Shown here in pieces: positions 25,681 through 34,931 of a stretch of DNA of 39,764 bases; the first letter of the stretch is position 1; every line of letters begins with the position of its first letter. The notes under the pieces were generated by a model. That model saw only the letters and a program-made list of their open reading frames with translations. It was not told the DNA's origin and searched no databases. The stretch lies in the NCBI GenBank assembly GCA_937967345.1, contig CALBTN010000104.1, positions 1 through 39,764 on the forward strand, given 5' to 3'. Source of the stretch: an uncultured Rubrivivax sp. Its GTDB lineage: Bacteria > Pseudomonadota > Gammaproteobacteria > Burkholderiales > Burkholderiaceae_C. The translations under genes and the position numbers were made by a program.

Positions 25681-26841
25681 ATGTCATCGCTACAAGACCT
25701 CGTCGTGCTCGACCTGGCCAGCGTCGGCCCGGCGGCGCGCGCGTCGCGCATCCTGGCCGACTTCGGGCTGCAGGTGATCAAGGTCGCGCCGGTTCAGGCG
25801 CACAAGGCCAAGCAGACCGACCCGGTGTTCCACGCCTACGGTGCCGGGCGCGGCACGCAGCGGCTGCAGGTGGACCTGAAGTCCGATCACGGCCGCGCGC
25901 TGCTGCAGCGCGTGGCGGCAAAGGCCGACGTGCTGATCGAGAGCTACCGCCCCGGTGTGGCCGCGCGGCTGGGCATGGGCTGGGACGAACTGCACGCGAT
26001 CAACCCGCGGCTGGTGGTCTGCTCGACCAGCGGCTACGGGCAGGACGGCCCCTACGCGCAGTGGGTCGGCCACGACATCAACTACCAGGCGCTCAGCGGC
26101 TACCTGGACTGCAGTGCGCGCGACGCCGACGGCAACCCCGCCCTGCCCGGCGCGACCATCGCCGACGGCGCGGGCGGCGGCATGCATGCGGCGATGTCGA
26201 TCCTGGCCGCGCTGCTCGAGCGCGGCAGCACCGGCCAAGGCAAATACCTCGACGTCGCGGTGGCCGACGGCATGCTCAACCTGATGTCGCTGTACCTGGA
26301 CCAGTACCTGGCCACCGGCGAACAGACACGTCCTGGCTCGGGCGTGCTCACCGGCAAATACGCGTGGTATGGCATCTACGCCACGCGCGACGGCAAGCAC
26401 CTGAGCGTGGGCGCGATCGAGCCGCACTTCTTCCGCAAGCTGTGCCAGCTGCTGGGGTTGGAGCAGTTCGCGCAAGCGCAGTACGACGCCGGCGCGCAGG
26501 ACGCGATGCGCGCCGCGTTCAAGGCCGCATTCGCCAGCGACGACCGCGACGCCTGGGTCGAGCGCCTGGCCGCACACGACACCTGCGTCGCGCCGGTGCT
26601 GTCGGTGGCCGAGGTCTGCGCCGACGCGCACCTGCGCCAGCGCGGCAGCTTCGTCGAAGCGATCCACCCCGAGCGCGGCCGCTTCGAGCAACTGGCGCCG
26701 CTGCTGGCGGGCTGCGATCGAGCCGGCCCGGCGCACCAGGTCGCGCCACCTGGCCACACCGACAGCGACGCCATCCTGAAACGCGTCGGCGTCAGTGACG
26801 ACGAGATCGCCGCCGCGCGGCGCGAAGGCTGCATCGAATGA
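25681..26841 (+). CDS. Family III CoA-transferase, alpha-methylacyl-CoA racemase-like
   Basis: LDLASVGP, ESYRPGV, SGYGQDGPY, GHDINY (AMACR-type motif), IADGAGGG and VGAIEPHFF. Confidence 0.9.
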   Translation: MSSLQDLVVLDLASVGPAARASRILADFGLQVIKVAPVQAHKAKQTDPVFHAYGAGRGTQRLQVDLKSDHGRALLQRVAAKADVLIESYRPGVAARLGMGWDELHAINPRLVVCSTSGYGQDGPYAQWVGHDINYQALSGYLDCSARDADGNPALPGATIADGAGGGMHAAMSILAALLERGSTGQGKYLDVAVADGMLNLMSLYLDQYLATGEQTRPGSGVLTGKYAWYGIYATRDGKHLSVGAIEPHFFRKLCQLLGLEQFAQAQYDAGAQDAMRAAFKAAFASDDRDAWVERLAAHDTCVAPVLSVAEVCADAHLRQRGSFVEAIHPERGRFEQLAPLLAGCDRAGPAHQVAPPGHTDSDAILKRVGVSDDEIAAARREGCIE

Positions 26842-27365
26842 GCACCGCGCTGCTGCCCGAACTGCCCGAGGCGGTGCGCGCCCTGATCGGCGTGCCGATG
26901 TACGAGGAGCGCAGCGAGTTCGCGATCGAGCTCGGCTACGTCTTCAACACCTGCGCCGCGGTGCAAAACGGCAACCCGCTGTACTGGCAGCCCGAGGTCG
27001 CTGCCGCGCTGACCGGCGGGCCGATCACGCCGCCGACGATGATGTCGGTGTGGTTTCGCCCGCACCACTGGACGCCCGGCGCCAGCGGCGAGCGCAAGGC
27101 GATGCAATTGCACTTCGACCTGAAGGAGCAGCTCGGCCTGCCCGAGGCGGTGGTGGTCAAGCACGAGTCGGTGTTCGGCGAGCCGGTGCGCCCCGGCGAT
27201 GTGCTGAGCACCCGCCAGATCGTGCAGTCGATCGGCGAGCCCAAGCAGACCAAGGTCGGCATCGGGCGCTTCTGGACCATCGACGTGCGCGCCAGCAACC
27301 AGCACGGCGACTGGGTCGGCACCGAGAGCTACAGCTTCCTCGGCTACAAGAGACCGCCGCAATGA
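26838..27365 (+). CDS. MaoC/FAS1-like hot-dog dehydratase subunit (ChsH2 N-domain-like)
   Basis: AVQNGNPLYW, ITPPTMM, F.EPVRPGD and KQTKVGIGRF. ATGA overlaps at both ends. Confidence 0.85.
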   Translation: MSTALLPELPEAVRALIGVPMYEERSEFAIELGYVFNTCAAVQNGNPLYWQPEVAAALTGGPITPPTMMSVWFRPHHWTPGASGERKAMQLHFDLKEQLGLPEAVVVKHESVFGEPVRPGDVLSTRQIVQSIGEPKQTKVGIGRFWTIDVRASNQHGDWVGTESYSFLGYKRPPQ

Positions 27366-27853
27366 CCGCGCCGACAACCCCGCCACGGCTGCTGGCCGGC
27401 GACATCGAAGCCGGCATGCAACTGCCAACGCTGGTGCATGCCGTCAGCGCCACCACCGTGGTGCTGGGCGCGTTGGCCAGCCGCGACTGGCGGCCGATGC
27501 ACCACGACAAGGACTTCGCGGTGCAGCGCAACGGCATGAAGGACATCTTCATCAACACGCCGAACAACGCCGCCTGGTTCGAGCGCTACATCACCGACTG
27601 GACCGGGCCGCACGGCCGCCTGGGCCGGCTGACGTTCCAGATGAAAACGCCGGTGTTCCCCGGCGACGAGATGCGCTTTTCGGGCGTGGTCACTGCGGTG
27701 TCGCGCGACGACAGCGGCTGCCACTGGGTCGAGATCGAGCTGGGCATCTACGTCGGCGACCAGCTCAAGACCCCGGGCACGGCGCGGGTCGCGATCCCGG
27801 CCGACGCCCACGACAACCCCTGGCAGCGGCGCGGCGAGCGCTGGAAACCCTGA
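27362..27853 (+). CDS. MaoC-like hydratase subunit (ChsH1-like)
   Basis: GALASRDWRPMHHDKDFA...KDIFINT, RYITDWTGP and PVFPGD. ATG 27362. Confidence 0.88.
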   Translation: MTAPTTPPRLLAGDIEAGMQLPTLVHAVSATTVVLGALASRDWRPMHHDKDFAVQRNGMKDIFINTPNNAAWFERYITDWTGPHGRLGRLTFQMKTPVFPGDEMRFSGVVTAVSRDDSGCHWVEIELGIYVGDQLKTPGTARVAIPADAHDNPWQRRGERWKP

Positions 27854-27922
27854 TCGCGCCCAGCGCCGCCATCCCGCCATTCGACTGCCTTTCGATTCAC
27901 CCATTCGAGCCAAAGAACCGCC

Positions 27923-29077
27923 ATGGACCTGAAGTTCACCGACGAGCAGAACATGCTGCGCGACATGACCCGCAACCTGTGCACCGACCACAGCAGCGTG
28001 GCGCTGGTGCGGCAGATGGAGAACGACACGGTCGGCCTGCCCGCCGGGTTGTGGCAGCAGATGAGCCAGACCGGCCTGACCGGCATCCGCGTGCCCGAGC
28101 AATACGGCGGCATGGGCATGGGCCTGCTCGATGCGGCGGTGGTGTTCGAGCAGCTCGGCCGCCACCTGGCGCCGGGGCCGCTGTTCGCCAGCTCGATCAT
28201 GAGTGCCGGCGCGCTGGTGCACGGCGGCGCCGCGTTTGCCGAGCTGCTGGGCTCGATCGCCAGCGGCCAGACCATCGTCGTGCCGGCCTGGCTCGAACCC
28301 GATGGCGGCTTCGGGCCGCAAGGCGTGCAGCTGGCGGCGCAGCGCAGCGGCGACGGCTATGTGCTCAGCGGCGTCAAGCGCCACGTGTTCGACGCCAAGG
28401 CGGCGCACAAGCTGCTGGTGCTGGCGCGCACCGGAGCGGCCGACGACGCGCTGACGCTGCTGCTGGTGGACGCCGACGCCGCGGGCCTGGCCTACGAGCA
28501 GCAGCGCAGCATGGCATCCGACACCCAGTACCGCATCAGCTTCGACCAGGTGCGCGTGCCGCTGGCCGCGCGCGTCGGCGACGAGCACGGCGGTTGGCGC
28601 ATCTGGGACGCGGTGATGCGCGAGGGCCTGGTGCTGCTGGCCGCCTACGCCGCCGGCGGCGCCGAGCGCGCGCTCGAGATCACGGTGCAGTACTCGAAGG
28701 ACCGTGAGCAGTTCGGCAAGCCGATCGGCGCCTTCCAGGCGCTGGCGCACGACATGGCCAACGCCAGCCCGGTGGTCGAAGGCGCCAAGGTGCTGGTGTA
28801 CGAGGCCGCCTGGGCGCACGACAACGGCAAGGGGCGACCGCGGCTGGCGCCGATGGCCAAGCTGTTCGCCTGCAACGCCTTCCGCGACGTGACGCACATG
28901 GCGCAGCAGGTGCACGGCGGCATCGGCTTCACGCTGGACTACGACATCCAGCTGTACTACCGCCGCGCCAAGCAGCTGCAGCTGAACTGGTGGGATGCGC
29001 GCTACCTCGAGGGCCTGGTCGCGGCCGAGGTGCTCGACAGCGCCGGGCGCAGCATTCCCGACCCCTTCACCGTCTGA
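27923..29077 (+). CDS. Acyl-CoA dehydrogenase (FadE27/28-like partner subunit)
   Basis: MDLKFTDEQ, PEQYGGMG, EQLGRHLAPGP, REQFGKPIGAFQAL and QVHGGIGFTLDYD. Lacks the C-terminal GGxxE motif. Confidence 0.93.
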   Translation: MDLKFTDEQNMLRDMTRNLCTDHSSVALVRQMENDTVGLPAGLWQQMSQTGLTGIRVPEQYGGMGMGLLDAAVVFEQLGRHLAPGPLFASSIMSAGALVHGGAAFAELLGSIASGQTIVVPAWLEPDGGFGPQGVQLAAQRSGDGYVLSGVKRHVFDAKAAHKLLVLARTGAADDALTLLLVDADAAGLAYEQQRSMASDTQYRISFDQVRVPLAARVGDEHGGWRIWDAVMREGLVLLAAYAAGGAERALEITVQYSKDREQFGKPIGAFQALAHDMANASPVVEGAKVLVYEAAWAHDNGKGRPRLAPMAKLFACNAFRDVTHMAQQVHGGIGFTLDYDIQLYYRRAKQLQLNWWDARYLEGLVAAEVLDSAGRSIPDPFTV

Positions 29078-29104
29078 CGTCGCGCGGCACCGGCACGACC
29101 CGAC

Positions 29105-29887
29105 ATGGCCAAGGCCAACCCGCGCTACGGCAACGGCGTGTTCAGGCGCCGCATCCGGCTGTGCGCCGCTGACGGCCTGGTGACGGTCGAACTCGAAGAC
29201 GGCAACCACGGCTTCAGGCTGCGGCTGCGCCACGATGGCAGCGTTGTCCGCGGCGTCGAGGCCGACACCATCCGCCACCCCTTCGGCACCTGCCCCGAGG
29301 CGGTCGTGCCGCTGCGCGAGTTCGTCGGCCACCGGCTGGCCGACGGCAGCAAGGCGCTGCGCGCGCGGCTGGACCCCGGCGCGCACTGCACGCACCTGTT
29401 CGACATGGCGATGCTGGCCACCGAGCATGCGGCGCAGGGCGCCAGCGGCCGCGTCGTCGACTACGAGATGGCGGTGCACGACGAAGCCGCCGGTATCACG
29501 CGCGCCGAGCTGCGGCGCGACGGCGCAGCGCTGCACCGCTGGGACATCCAGGCGCACCGCATCGTCGCGCCGGCCGAACACCAGGGCCAGCCGCTGATGC
29601 GCGGCTTTCACGCCTGGGCCTCGGCCGCCTTCGCCGGGCCCGAGCTCGAAGCCGCCGCCGCCTTGCAGCGCGCGTACTTCGTCGCGCAAAGCCGCCGCTT
29701 CGACTTCGAGCCGCCCGAGGCCAACCCCGGCAGCGCCGACGGCATGCCGCACGGCAGCTGCTACTCGTACAACCGCGGCGTGGTCGAGCGCGCGTTTCGC
29801 AGCGCCGGCACGGTGCGCGACTTCACCCACACCCCGGAAAAGCTGCTGCGCTTCGAGCGCGATGCCGCAAGGAACCCGCATGGCTGA
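29105..29887 (+). CDS. DUF2889-like protein
   Basis: RRRIRL, ELED..H, PFGTCP, HCTHLFD and C-terminal SCYSY pattern. Confidence 0.7.
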   Translation: MAKANPRYGNGVFRRRIRLCAADGLVTVELEDGNHGFRLRLRHDGSVVRGVEADTIRHPFGTCPEAVVPLREFVGHRLADGSKALRARLDPGAHCTHLFDMAMLATEHAAQGASGRVVDYEMAVHDEAAGITRAELRRDGAALHRWDIQAHRIVAPAEHQGQPLMRGFHAWASAAFAGPELEAAAALQRAYFVAQSRRFDFEPPEANPGSADGMPHGSCYSYNRGVVERAFRSAGTVRDFTHTPEKLLRFERDAARNPHG

Positions 29888-31112
29888 CACACGCGCGACT
29901 TCACCCGCCGGCGCGCTCGCCGGGCTGCGCGTGATCGACTTCGGCCAGATGGTGTCGGCGCCGCACTGCGCGCGGCTGTTCGCCGACTTCGGCGCCGAAG
30001 TGATCAAGGTCGAGCCCCTCACGGGCGACGCCGCGCGACACAGCGGCCCGTACCCCGGCGACCTGGCCGACGCCGAAAAGAGCGGCTTGTTCTTCTTCCA
30101 CAACACCGACAAGCTCGGCGTCACCTGTGACGTCAGCCAGGCCGAAGGCCGCGCGCTGCTGCTCGAGCTGGTCAAGCGCGCCGACGCGCTGATCGAGAAC
30201 AACCTGCCGGCGCAGATGCGCCAGTGGGGCCTGAGCCACGACGAGCTCGCCGCGGTCAACCCCGATCTGGTGACGATCTCGATCACCCCCTTCGGCCAGA
30301 CCGGCCCCTACAGCGAGTGGCTGGGCAGCGACCTCAACGCCTACCACTTGAGCGGCGCCAGCGCGCGCTACTGCGGCCGCCCGGGCGAGGCGCCGCTGGA
30401 GCACGGCACCTTCTCGGCCGACTACTTCGGCTCGGTCAGCGCCGCCGCCTGGGGGCTGGCCGCGATCTACGGCCGCGCGCTGGTCGGCGGCGGCCAGCAC
30501 ATCGACGTGTCGTGCGCCGAGGCCATCGCCGCGGCCTTCGTCGGCGGCCAGAACATCGGCCTGCTGGCGCAGGACAAACGCTTCGATTCGCGCACCGGCG
30601 TGGGCATGCCGCTGGGCGCGCCGGCCACCATCCTGCCGTGCCGCGACGGGCACGTGTGGATGCTGGCGCTCGAGCCGGGGCAGTGGAAGGGGCTGTGCAA
30701 GGTGATGGGCGACCCCGAGTGGGCCACGCTGGACATCTTCGACGACATGTACTCGCGCGCGCAAAACGCCGACGTGATCTACGAGTTCATCCGCGAGTGG
30801 ACGCTCGAGCACGACAAGATGGAGATCATGGCCAAGTGCCAGGCCGCCGGCTGCCCGGTAAGCGCGGTGTTCACCATCGAAGAAGCGGTGCGCCACCCGC
30901 ACCTGCACGCGCGCAACTACTTCGTCGACGTCGAGCACCCGGCGCTGGGCACGCTGCAGTGCCTGGGCGCACCGTTTCGCCTGCCCGCCAGCCCGGGCGG
31001 GGCCAGGCGGGGTGCGCCGCTGCTGGGCCAGCACAACGACGCGGTGTGGGGCGGCCTGCTCGGCAAGCCGGCGGCCGAACTGCAACGGCTGCGCGCGCAG
31101 CGCGTGATCTGA
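29880..31112 (+). CDS. Family III CoA-transferase (BbsE-like subunit)
   Basis: LAGLRVIDF, ADFGAEVIKVEP..GD, SGLFFFHNTDK, SITPFGQTGPY and APLLGQHN. ATG 29880. Confidence 0.93.
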   Translation: MADTRATSPAGALAGLRVIDFGQMVSAPHCARLFADFGAEVIKVEPLTGDAARHSGPYPGDLADAEKSGLFFFHNTDKLGVTCDVSQAEGRALLLELVKRADALIENNLPAQMRQWGLSHDELAAVNPDLVTISITPFGQTGPYSEWLGSDLNAYHLSGASARYCGRPGEAPLEHGTFSADYFGSVSAAAWGLAAIYGRALVGGGQHIDVSCAEAIAAAFVGGQNIGLLAQDKRFDSRTGVGMPLGAPATILPCRDGHVWMLALEPGQWKGLCKVMGDPEWATLDIFDDMYSRAQNADVIYEFIREWTLEHDKMEIMAKCQAAGCPVSAVFTIEEAVRHPHLHARNYFVDVEHPALGTLQCLGAPFRLPASPGGARRGAPLLGQHNDAVWGGLLGKPAAELQRLRAQRVI

Positions 31113-31131
31113 AAGCGACGCGAGTATCGCC

Positions 31132-32352
31132 ATGGCCACACCGCTTCCGCTGCAAGGCATCCGCGTCATCAACTTCGGCTGGGTCTGGGCTGGCCCGGTG
31201 GTTGGCCAGACGCTGGGTTTCCTCGGCGCCGAGGTGCTGAAGATCGAATCGCGCGCGCGCATCGACATGACGCGCAACCTGCCGCCGTTCGCCGAAGGCA
31301 TCGTCGACCCGAACCGCAGCCTGTCCAACCACGCCTGCTGGGCCGGCAACGGCTCGGTCACGCTCGACCTGAAGCAGCCCGAGGGCCGCGCGCTGGCGCT
31401 GCGGCTGATCGCCGAATCCGACGTGGTGATCGAGAACTTCGGCCCTGGCGTGATCGAGCGGCTGGGCTTCGGCTACGAGGCGCTGCGCGCGGTCAAGCCC
31501 GACATCATCCTGTTCTCGATGCCGGCGGCCGGGCTGTCGGGGCCGCTCGAACACGTGCGCACCTATGGCCTGAGCTTGACCTCGCTCACGGGGCTGGACA
31601 GCCTGGTCGGCTACAAGGGCGAGAGCCCGCTGCCCGTGGAAAACGCCTTCTCCGACCCCTTCGCCGGCATCTTCGGCGCCTTCGCCATCCTGGCCGCGCT
31701 GAACCACCGCCGCAACACCGGCGAAGGCCAGCACATCGAGTTCTCGCAGCAAGAAGCGGTGATGCAGATGGTCGGCCCGGCCTACATGGACTACCTGTTC
31801 AACGCGCGCTCGGGCGCACCCAAGGGCAACGAGCACCCGACCGCGGCCGCCGCGCCGCACGGCGTGTTCCCGTGCAGCGGCGACGACCGCTGGATCAGCA
31901 TCGCGGTGGACAGCGACGCGATGTGGCAAGCGCTGGTGGCGGCGATGGGCGCACCCGCATGGGCCAGCGATGCGGCGCTGGCCACGCAGGCCGGGCGCAT
32001 CGCCGCGGTCGACCGCGTGCACGCCCAGCTCAGCGAATGGACGCGCGGCTTCGACGACCGCGAGCTGGCCGCCACGCTGCAGCGCGCCGGCGTGGCCGCA
32101 GCACCGGTGCTGAACATCGGCGACCTGCTCGACGACCCGCACTACAAGGCGCGCGACACCTTCATCGAAGTCCAGCACCCGCTGGGCTTCAAGGAAACCA
32201 TCTACGGCAGCTACGTGAAGATGAGCCGCTGCGAAGCCGCGGTGCGCCCCGGCCCGGCGCTGGGCGCCGCCAACGAGCGCGCGCTGCGCGGCATCCTGAA
32301 GCTGTCCGACGACGAGATCCGCCGCCTCGAACAAAGCCGGATCGTGTACTGA
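31132..32352 (+). CDS. Family III CoA-transferase (BbsF-like subunit)
   Basis: LQGIRVINFGWVWAGP, GAEVLKIES, ENFGPGV, FSDPFAG and PHGVFPC. Confidence 0.93.
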   Translation: MATPLPLQGIRVINFGWVWAGPVVGQTLGFLGAEVLKIESRARIDMTRNLPPFAEGIVDPNRSLSNHACWAGNGSVTLDLKQPEGRALALRLIAESDVVIENFGPGVIERLGFGYEALRAVKPDIILFSMPAAGLSGPLEHVRTYGLSLTSLTGLDSLVGYKGESPLPVENAFSDPFAGIFGAFAILAALNHRRNTGEGQHIEFSQQEAVMQMVGPAYMDYLFNARSGAPKGNEHPTAAAAPHGVFPCSGDDRWISIAVDSDAMWQALVAAMGAPAWASDAALATQAGRIAAVDRVHAQLSEWTRGFDDRELAATLQRAGVAAAPVLNIGDLLDDPHYKARDTFIEVQHPLGFKETIYGSYVKMSRCEAAVRPGPALGAANERALRGILKLSDDEIRRLEQSRIVY

Positions 32353-32421
32353 CGCTTGGCCGCCGCCCTTTTCTTGAAGACCCCTGCACCCCCATCCCGA
32401 CCCACGCACCGAGGCACGACG

Positions 32422-33351
32422 ATGAAATTCGCACTCGCAACGCCCGCGCTCAACACCTACCCAGCCGGCATGGCGCCGTGGGAGCCCAAGGCCGGCGGCG
32501 CCGAAGTCCTGCGCTACGCGCGCAAGGCCGATTCGCTCAGCTGGGACTGGCTGACGCTGCCCGAGCACGTGGTCATGCCCACCGAAATGAAAGAGGTGAT
32601 GGGGCCGCGCTGGGCTGAAAGCGCGGCCGCCGCGGCCACGCTGATGGGCGCGACGCAGCGCATCCACATGCTGACCTACGTGATGCCGCTGCCCTACCGC
32701 CACCCGCTGATCCTGGCCAAGCAGATCGCGACCATGGAGTTCTTAGCCGGCGGGCGCTTCACGCTGGGCACCGCGGTCGGCCACATCGAGCGCGAGTTCG
32801 AGGCGCTGGGCGTGCCGTTTGAAAAGCGCGGCGCGATGACCGACGAGTACCTGCGCGCGCTCAAGGAAATCTGGACCTCGGACAACCCGACCTTCGAAGG
32901 CCAGTTCGTGCGCTTCAAGGACATCACGGTCGAGCCCAAGCCGGTGCAAAAACCGCATCCGCCGATCTTCATCGGCGGCAACTCCAAGGCCGCGATGAAG
33001 CGCGCGGCGATGCTCGGCGACGGCTGGATCCCGTGGCTGGTGACCGCCGAGGATCTGCCCGGCTGCATCGAGTACATGAAGAGCCTGCCGGGCTTCCAGG
33101 AAAAGCACGAGGCCGGCCGCTTCGAGATCCTGGTCACCACCACCGCCTACCAGGTGGACGACCGCTCGCACTCCGAGAAGACGCGCACCCAGATCGCCGG
33201 CGACCGCGACACCGTGTTGCGCGAGGTCGAGGCGCTGAAAAAGGCCGGCGCCACCTCGGTGCAGGTGATGCCGCCGCGGGTCGAGACCTTCGAGCAGTGC
33301 CTGGAATGGATCGAGTGGTACGACCACGAGATCATTCCGCGCTTTCGCTGA
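32422..33351 (+). CDS. LLM-class (luciferase-like) oxidoreductase, probably F420-dependent (Rv2161c-like)
   Basis: LPEHVVMP, LPYRHPLILAKQIAT, GRFTLG.AVGH.EREF, RGAMTDEYL, PKPVQKPHPPIFIGGNS and GDGW. F420 dependence is inferred from family and from the co-located cof genes. Confidence 0.88.
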   Translation: MKFALATPALNTYPAGMAPWEPKAGGAEVLRYARKADSLSWDWLTLPEHVVMPTEMKEVMGPRWAESAAAAATLMGATQRIHMLTYVMPLPYRHPLILAKQIATMEFLAGGRFTLGTAVGHIEREFEALGVPFEKRGAMTDEYLRALKEIWTSDNPTFEGQFVRFKDITVEPKPVQKPHPPIFIGGNSKAAMKRAAMLGDGWIPWLVTAEDLPGCIEYMKSLPGFQEKHEAGRFEILVTTTAYQVDDRSHSEKTRTQIAGDRDTVLREVEALKKAGATSVQVMPPRVETFEQCLEWIEWYDHEIIPRFR

Positions 33352-33415
33352 CGACTCGCCAAAGAACCGCGGCAATCACCGCCATCGACGACTTCAAGCC
33401 CACGGCCCACACACC

Positions 33416-34246
33416 ATGACCGCAGACCTGCGCTACCTGCAGTTTCGAACCGAGGACAACGTCGGGATCATCACGCTGAACCGCCCGGAAAAGCTCAACG
33501 CGCTGAGCTGGGAGCTGGCCGAGGAGCTGGCCGGGTTGCTGCGCGAGCTGCGCTACGACGACGAGGTGCGCTGCGTGCTGCTGCACGGCGCCGGGCGGTC
33601 GTTTTGCGCCGGCGGCGATATCGACTGGATCGGCGGCGACAGCGACCGGCCGATGCCTGGCACCTCTGACGCCAGCCGGCCGATTCCGCGCTCGCAGCGC
33701 AAGACGCCGGGCGGCCCGTTCATGGACGTCACGCGCCAGATGGTGGCGCTGGACAAGCCGATCATTGCCGCGCTGCATGGTCATGCGGTGGGCGCCGGGC
33801 TGGCCTACGCGATGGTGTGCGACCGCCGCTTCGGCGACGCCAGCCTGAAGATGTCGGCGATCTTCACCAACGTCGGCGTCGCGCCCGACTGCGGGCTGTC
33901 GTGGTTCCTGCCGCGCGTGGTCGGGCTGCCGACCGCGCTGATGCTGGTCGAGACCGGCAAGATCTTCAAGGCCGACGATTGCAAGGCGCTCGGGCTGATC
34001 GACGAGCTGGTGCCCGAGGGCAAGAGCTTCGAGGCCGCCTTCGACTACGCGCGCACCTTGGCGCAGCGCGCCAGCGTGGCGGTGGACATGGCGCGCCACA
34101 TGATCCTGATGGGGCAGACCGCCACGCTCGAGCAGATGCTCGACTACGAAGGCATCGCCGGCGTGATCGTGGCCTCCACCTTGGATGCCAAGGAGGGCAC
34201 GCAGTCCTTCCTGGAAAAGCGCAAGCCGGTGTACCGCGGCATCTGA
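33416..34246 (+). CDS. Crotonase-superfamily enoyl-CoA hydratase/isomerase (PaaG-like)
   Basis: ITLNRPEKLNAL, FCAGGD, KPIIAALHGHAVGAG and FTNVGVAPDCG. Confidence 0.92.
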   Translation: MTADLRYLQFRTEDNVGIITLNRPEKLNALSWELAEELAGLLRELRYDDEVRCVLLHGAGRSFCAGGDIDWIGGDSDRPMPGTSDASRPIPRSQRKTPGGPFMDVTRQMVALDKPIIAALHGHAVGAGLAYAMVCDRRFGDASLKMSAIFTNVGVAPDCGLSWFLPRVVGLPTALMLVETGKIFKADDCKALGLIDELVPEGKSFEAAFDYARTLAQRASVAVDMARHMILMGQTATLEQMLDYEGIAGVIVASTLDAKEGTQSFLEKRKPVYRGI

Positions 34247-34273
34247 TCACCCAACCTGCATGGAGGCAGCACC

Positions 34274-34876
34274 ATGAACGGCATTCTCGAACCGCGGCGC
34301 GCGGCAGCACCCACGGCAGCGGCGGCGGTGGCGTCATCGCTGGCGTCGGCCTTGGCCAGGCAACCCGACGACGACGCGCTGCGCCGCGACGTGCAGGCGC
34401 TGCTCGACATCGAGGCGATCAAGCGGCTCAAGCACGCCTACTTCCGCGGCCTGGACAGCGCCAACCTCGAGCTGCTGGCCACGCTGTTCCACCCCGAGGT
34501 GCAGGTGCACTTCGTCGGCGGCGACTACGAGTGGCGGCTTGACGGGCGCGAGCAGTACGTCGAGACCATCGCCGCCAACTTCCACGCCAACGTCGTGGCA
34601 CAGCACACCGGCAACCACCCCGAGATCACGCTGCTGTCGGCTACCGAAGCCGAAGGCATCTGGTACCTGCACGACGACTTCTACGACATGGCCAAGATGC
34701 TGTTCACCACCGGCTCGGCCTTCTATCACGACCGCTACGAGAAGGTCGACGGCCGCTGGCTGATCCGCAGCACGCGCTACGAGCGCCACTACGAGCTGGT
34801 CACGCCGATGAAGCAGGTGCCCAACTTCACCGTGCGCTACCTGGCCCGCCACGGCCGCGCGGCACCCCAGGCTTGA
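34274..34876 (+). CDS. NTF2/SnoaL-fold protein, BaiE/LinA-like dehydratase
   Basis: LLDIEAIKRLKHAYFRGLD, HTGNHPEI, AEGIWYLHD and YHDRYEKVDGRWLI. GGAGG RBS. Confidence 0.85.
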   Translation: MNGILEPRRAAAPTAAAAVASSLASALARQPDDDALRRDVQALLDIEAIKRLKHAYFRGLDSANLELLATLFHPEVQVHFVGGDYEWRLDGREQYVETIAANFHANVVAQHTGNHPEITLLSATEAEGIWYLHDDFYDMAKMLFTTGSAFYHDRYEKVDGRWLIRSTRYERHYELVTPMKQVPNFTVRYLARHGRAAPQA

Positions 34877-34931
34877 GGCAGCATCGCGGCTTTCGCGGCG
34901 AGCGCTGCGCACCCGCCCACGAGGACGACGC

